From a virus: DNA of 52,958 nt. Both the position numbers and the translations under genes were made by a program. Location: the UHGV virus genome UHGV-0074814, one strand, 5' to 3'. Of the stretch, positions 49,182 to 52,958 are shown piece by piece (the stretch's first letter is position 1; each line of letters begins with the position of its first letter). The notes beneath the pieces were generated by a model that saw only the letters and a list, made by a program, of their open reading frames with translations, did no database searches and was not told the DNA's origin.

Positions 49182-51244
49182 ACGACCTCTTTTAATTGCC
49201 TGTCATTTAATTCTTTATGCCATATGCGGAAATTGCGAATATGGCCAAACAGATGTCGTTCTCCAGTATTCGTCTGCCCTCCAAATCGGATATTTTTATC
49301 AGCGGTCACGCCATTATATTCACAATAAACTTCATTAACCGCTTTACCATTTGTCACCACATGAAAGTGACCATCAGCTTTTGCAATACATCCAAATGTG
49401 GTTTTCTCTGCAAATACATCTGTCGCTGCGCTATTAACATACGAGCCTGAAGGGTTTGACAGACTCATATATAACTTACCACTACCTCTGTTGATTGCTG
49501 CAATTGCTGATTGCCCGGTATTGGCTGCTGCTATATCCCACACGCGGGGTGCGGCGTTTGGTGCAATATCCCAGTTTTTATGAATCTCAAGTAAAAAAGT
49601 AAATGGTAACTTATAAAGATTATTTCTGGTGGGGATACTAACCAAATCACTGGCTCTTGTCGTTGCGCTGCCTCCTGAAATAATAAATGATGATACACAC
49701 GGCCCATTCTCTACTTGTGGGGTGGCAAGATAAATATAGTCACCAGATACTGTTGCCCCACCCTGCCCAGGAGAATACTGTATCTGAGAGCCTATTTTTA
49801 ACTCACCATCAATTGCCTGAATCGTTGCCTCTGCAAAAATCCAGCCCGTGGTCTTATCCTTCCTGACTCGTGCCGTAATTCTGCCGGCAGCACCACCTGT
49901 CATACTAATTTCAAGCGTTTGCGTATCAATGTACGCATCGCCAAGAAAAGTTGTTGCACTACCATCATACTTATCAAACCGTATACGTAACCTTACCTGT
50001 CGTTCTGTTTTAAAACGGCATGAGGTTGTCACGTACTTGTTATCGCCTGAGACATCAACTGACTTTGTTGCAGCAATTGATGCCATATTAATAGCCGAAG
50101 TTTGCCCAACCAGAGAATCGTTGCAGACAAACTTTCCATAAGTAAAACCAAAACTATCCGTCCCGGTTTCGGGCACATCCATGTTTGATGACTTCCCCCA
50201 GCTGGCTGGACTTTCCGAATTGAGCATGTAGTTCGTTCTTTGTCCCTCAATAAGCAGGCCATCACACTCAAATCGCGGCTCATTAATTTCCGCCGTTTTC
50301 AGTTCGCCAGATTTGTTGATATATGTTGCCGTTGATGCGCGACTGAAATTAACCTGTTTATCACTGGCGACCTGAACCACATCGTCACCAATAGCTATTT
50401 TTTTATAGCCCGGAGAAAAACCCGCAATCATATCCAGTGAATCGTTAAACGGTATCCACACATCAGGCAGCGGCGGCACTATATTCGCACAGGGCTCTGC
50501 AGTCACTTCCGCTGCGGCTTCTGCGCGGTCTGCCGCCTTTTCAGCTCGTGTCGCTGCCGACAGAGCCTCATCCTTTTTCTGCCCGGCCTTTGTTGCGTCT
50601 GCTGCGGCCTCCCGCGCTTTTGTGGTGGCGACTCCGGCATTTTCAGCGGCTGACTCTGCATTACGGCGGGAAGCCTCTTCACTGTCTGCGGAGGCTTCTT
50701 CTGACGCACGGGCATTTGTCTCTGAACGTTCTGCCGCTGTTGCTGCGTTTTGTGCGGCTGTTTTTGAAGAAGCTGCCGCTTTCGCGCTGTTACCTGCATT
50801 CGTCTCTGATGTTTTCGCCGCGTTCCTGGACGATGCCGCTGCTGTTTCTGATTTCTTTGCTGCCGCTGCGCTCTGAGAGGCGGCTTCAGCGTTGCGTGCC
50901 GCCTCTTCCACCATCTTTTCAAAACGATACAGTGCCTCCGGACAAACATCATCTTCTGTTGCAGCGCCCAGAAAATCATTCAATGTCCCCGGCTTAGAAT
51001 CCTCATACACGGTGATGGTCCCGGCATGTGAAGGCGGAAAACCTTCAACCAGCAGGGCGACGCTGTACTGGCCATACTCAACATCCATGCTGTAACGTCC
51101 GGCTTCATCCGGATTTTCTGAGGCCACCGTGTTCACCACAACTGTGGTGCTGTTACGTTTTGCTTTGAGCTGAATGGTGCAGTTCTGTATCGGTTTTCCT
51201 GCACCGTCTTTCAGCACACCTGAAATCTGTACTGCCATATTCAC
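49178..51244 (-). CDS. side tail fibre protein (lambda Stf-like N-terminus, Ala-rich stalk, distinct C-terminal domain)
   Basis: N-terminus MAVQISGVLKDGAGKPIQNCTIQLKAKRNSTTVVVNTV...GRYSMDVEYGQYSV nearly identical to lambda Stf as recalled. Confidence 0.7.
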   Translation of the reverse strand: MNMAVQISGVLKDGAGKPIQNCTIQLKAKRNSTTVVVNTVASENPDEAGRYSMDVEYGQYSVALLVEGFPPSHAGTITVYEDSKPGTLNDFLGAATEDDVCPEALYRFEKMVEEAARNAEAASQSAAAAKKSETAAASSRNAAKTSETNAGNSAKAAASSKTAAQNAATAAERSETNARASEEASADSEEASRRNAESAAENAGVATTKAREAAADATKAGQKKDEALSAATRAEKAADRAEAAAEVTAEPCANIVPPLPDVWIPFNDSLDMIAGFSPGYKKIAIGDDVVQVASDKQVNFSRASTATYINKSGELKTAEINEPRFECDGLLIEGQRTNYMLNSESPASWGKSSNMDVPETGTDSFGFTYGKFVCNDSLVGQTSAINMASIAATKSVDVSGDNKYVTTSCRFKTERQVRLRIRFDKYDGSATTFLGDAYIDTQTLEISMTGGAAGRITARVRKDKTTGWIFAEATIQAIDGELKIGSQIQYSPGQGGATVSGDYIYLATPQVENGPCVSSFIISGGSATTRASDLVSIPTRNNLYKLPFTFLLEIHKNWDIAPNAAPRVWDIAAANTGQSAIAAINRGSGKLYMSLSNPSGSYVNSAATDVFAEKTTFGCIAKADGHFHVVTNGKAVNEVYCEYNGVTADKNIRFGGQTNTGERHLFGHIRNFRIWHKELNDRQLKEVV

Positions 51245-51296
51245 TCCACAAATAAAAAAGGCACCATTTCTGGTGCCCGAATTTGGGTTTTAAAAT

Positions 51297-52958
51297 TCAA
51301 CTGATACTGATGCCGGCTGTTGATTTCTTCATCACGACAACAAGAAGGTCGCTGATACTGGTCGTTGGCGTCCAGTTATTTGCACCATATGAAGAAACAT
51401 TGAAAGTCAGGGTGACATGGCCGTGTCCGGCAGGCATATCAATGACTGATGAAAATACCCTGCTGACATCCGTCGCGGGTTGCTGAAAGATTTCCTGTCC
51501 GTTCTTCAGCACCTGCAGCTTACAGGTTGAATACCAGTATGACTGTTGGTTGTTGCTGTTGAAGTTTTCATGCTTACCACCGCGAAACAGAACGGGGGGG
51601 ACGACTATCTGACGGTCAAAAGCCTGGTCATCGTACACAGTGACCGTTATTGTACCGCTGGCATAACTGCCATTTCTCGGAAAGGCTTTTCCCACCGTTT
51701 TGACAATATCACCTTCAATCTGGTTAGCTGACAGTTTTCCCAGAATCCGACAGTTCTGGTTAATCGTGACATTATTGAGCGTCCCGGAGTTCGCATTCAC
51801 GTTACCGCTGATATCCGCATTTCTCGCAGAAAGTCGACCATCAGGTGTCAGTGAAAACGTTGGGGGATTGCCACCGCTGGTAATGGTGGGAGCCGTCAGA
51901 TATTTCAGGAACACTTCGTTCATGAATATCTGATCGCCCTGACCAACAAACATCGGCTTTGTGTTGCCATTCGCAGGATTAACCATCGCAATCCTGTCCG
52001 CCGCCAGCAGCACCTGACTCTGCATGCCGTCAGGGGTGTTCTCAATACCGGCACCAATACCCGCGATATAAAGGCGTCCGTCCTGCATCTGCTGCAGCTT
52101 CACAGCCCACATGCTGTTCAGGTTATTATTTGTATCAACCTGAACCTTCTGTATCTGCTGAATTGCCGCACTCTGGTCTTCCAGTTTCTTATTGACGGTC
52201 TGCGTGATTTCATTGCTGACATCCGTAATGGACGTCCTGATTTCAGCCAGGTCAGGCGCAAGCTGACCGTTATCAATCTGCGTCCACAGCTCCTGAGCCA
52301 GATGGCTTTTCCCTATCTCGCCTTTGAAAAAATCCAGATAGCCGGATGCATCATCACTCGGCTGGCCAACAGCCTCCACAAATGCCGATTTGCCAACGGT
52401 GTTCACACTGCGAATGTAAAAATAATAATCATGGCCCGGTTTGATATTGATACTGGCGGCTATCCAGTACAGCGCCGTACCAAGATAACGCGCGCTGGCT
52501 TCAACCTGCCTGATATCCGCAATCCGCTTTTCCGAGAACCAGAACTCAAACTGTACCGTCGGATCATAAACGGCAAGATGCGGCGTTGCGGTTATCTGAA
52601 AATAGCCCGGCGTCAGCTCAATCCTCGACGGTGCTGCCGGTGCGGCAATCCGGAACGATACCGACGCCGGATCGCCCTGCTGCCCCCACGCATTTACCGC
52701 CCGGACTGTCAGCCTGTAGTTCCCCAGCGCCAGTTGCCTGAAGCGGTATGTGGTTTCCGTCGTCCGGGCCGTGCTGACCAGCCGCTCACTGCCGTCATCC
52801 GCTGTTACGGTCAGACGGAGCAGGAAGCTCACGCCCTTCACCACCTTCGGCGTGTCCCAGCGCGCCAGCACCTGATATTCCCCGCTGTCTGCGGTGACTT
52901 CGGCGGTCAGGTGCTGCACCGCTGGCGGCGTGACACCATTCACCGTGCCGCTCTGGTC
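51297..52958 (-). CDS. tail tip host-specificity protein J-like, C-terminal part (5' end lies beyond window)
   Basis: Open reading frame continues to window edge; position immediately upstream of Stf. Confidence 0.6.
   Translation of the reverse strand, partial: DQSGTVNGVTPPAVQHLTAEVTADSGEYQVLARWDTPKVVKGVSFLLRLTVTADDGSERLVSTARTTETTYRFRQLALGNYRLTVRAVNAWGQQGDPASVSFRIAAPAAPSRIELTPGYFQITATPHLAVYDPTVQFEFWFSEKRIADIRQVEASARYLGTALYWIAASINIKPGHDYYFYIRSVNTVGKSAFVEAVGQPSDDASGYLDFFKGEIGKSHLAQELWTQIDNGQLAPDLAEIRTSITDVSNEITQTVNKKLEDQSAAIQQIQKVQVDTNNNLNSMWAVKLQQMQDGRLYIAGIGAGIENTPDGMQSQVLLAADRIAMVNPANGNTKPMFVGQGDQIFMNEVFLKYLTAPTITSGGNPPTFSLTPDGRLSARNADISGNVNANSGTLNNVTINQNCRILGKLSANQIEGDIVKTVGKAFPRNGSYASGTITVTVYDDQAFDRQIVVPPVLFRGGKHENFNSNNQQSYWYSTCKLQVLKNGQEIFQQPATDVSRVFSSVIDMPAGHGHVTLTFNVSSYGANNWTPTTSISDLLVVVMKKSTAGISIS

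Larger units (their letters stand above)
43140..52958. mobile_element. distal arm of a second lambda-like prophage (J, Stf, cargo incl. sitABCD), partial in window
   Basis: J-like and Stf-like tail genes on minus strand, cargo genes between them and the icd repeat. Confidence 0.55.

Noticed and set aside
50503-50997. Three long ORFs rich in Q/R/K or Ala (50503-50979 minus, 50548-50997 plus, 50622-50876 plus)
   Set aside because: They lie entirely inside the Ala-rich stalk of the side tail fibre gene in alternative frames or on the opposite strand; they are artefacts of the repetitive GC-rich codons.
1-52958. tRNA or rRNA genes as integration targets
   Set aside because: No cloverleaf-like or rRNA-like sequence recognised; the integration target here is the protein-coding icd 3' end. 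A tRNAscan-type search would be needed to exclude tRNAs rigorously.

Overview
The window is E. coli-type chromosomal DNA dominated by prophage sequence at the icd integration hotspot. Two direct repeats of about 165 bp, both matching the 3' end of icd (667-831 and 42975-43139, minus strand, about 95% identical by eye), bracket a complete e14-like lambdoid prophage of about 42 kb (837-42974). No intact icd is inside the window. Prophage 1 is mosaic: tyrosine integrase and Xis next to the right-hand icd repeat, a CPS-53-like early-left block (YfdP/Q/R-like), a CI/Cro switch, an O-like replication gene with internal iterons, Dam methylase, RusA, KilA-N, DUF968 and Q, a lambda-type lysis cassette (holin, R, Rz/Rz1, bor), HK97-like terminase, portal, protease and capsid, and a Mu-like contractile tail and baseplate ending in an invertible tail-fibre segment whose Pin invertase is truncated. 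Right of the second icd repeat is the distal arm of a second lambda-like prophage (J partial, Stf) carrying sitABCD with Fur and MntR boxes. Three AT-rich cargo insertions sit at classical moron hotspots of prophage 1. (i) Between Q and the holin, on the opposite strand, is a tightly coupled pair: a zinc-ribbon plus NdpA/YejK-like protein and a two-TM membrane protein (25424-27816). I regard this as the best candidate for an undescribed defence system. (ii) Between int and attL is a DarTG-like pair with atypical fusions: DarT-like plus HD domain, and macro plus a Rossmann-like C-terminal domain (39404-42573). (iii) At the pin-attR end is a DUF262/DUF1524 (GmrSD-like) type IV restriction gene preceded by a perfect 8 x 8-bp simple sequence repeat. 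All protein assignments rest on motif recognition and recalled family sequences, not on database searches.
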